Below are positions 63,870 through 64,000 of a DNA stretch of 64,000 nt, in pieces (within the stretch, counting starts at the first letter, position 1; the number at the start of each line of letters is the position of its first letter). The stretch comes from Felis catus (lineage: Eukaryota). The stretch covers positions 101,744,001 through 101,808,000 of the forward strand of contig NC_058373.1 in NCBI RefSeq assembly GCF_018350175.1. Direction: 5' to 3'. A program made the translations under genes and the position numbers. The notes beneath the pieces are model-generated. The model made no database searches, was not told the origin of the DNA, and saw only the letters and a program-made list of their open reading frames with translations.

Positions 63870-64000
63870 TTATTTGTTTTTTTTTTTAAATAATTTTTTG
63901 AAGTTTCTTTGTTGTGATAGAGAGAGAGAGTGAGAGAGACAGAGAGAGGTGGGGGGAAGGGCAAAGAAGAGAGGGAGAATCCCAAGCAGGCTCCATGCAG
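63870..64000 (-). mobile_element. Can-SINE (cut by the window end)
   Basis: Tail and CT tract. Confidence 0.85.

Larger units (their letters stand above)
30607..64000 (+). other. SAMD4A: SAMD4A large intron (continues past the window)
   Basis: No further recognisable Smaug coding exon after the donor at 30607. Confidence 0.85.

Noticed and set aside
1540..63985. Recurrent short ORFs containing AQVMISQ/SPASGSVL/EPASDSVSP
   Set aside because: Translations of Can-SINE copies, not a protein family

Overview
Mammalian genomic DNA, carnivore and almost certainly felid, given about 39 copies of the tRNA-derived Can-SINE including young SINEC_Fc-type copies. The window holds the last four coding exons of CGRRF1 (+ strand, 1273-8606, ending in a C3HC4 RING domain), a repeat-rich intergenic interval of about 18 kb, and the CpG-island promoter of SAMD4A (Smaug1). 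SAMD4A contributes a probable non-coding exon 1 and its first coding exon (+ strand, ATG 30411), followed by more than 33 kb of its large intron. I cannot support a wholly new system with confidence. Best leads: (1) a U12-type minor-spliceosome intron in CGRRF1 carrying a SINE insertion; (2) a 34-pair hairpin in a CGRRF1 intron that folds better on the sense strand; (3) stacked SAMD4A 5' controls (ATF4-C/EBP-like site, three uORFs, an RNA G-quadruplex, a possible Smaug-recognition stem-loop in its own ORF); (4) a candidate intronic terminal exon giving an 81-aa SAM-less SAMD4A; (5) minus-strand exon-like units between the two genes. Repeat boundaries and subfamily names are by eye and approximate.
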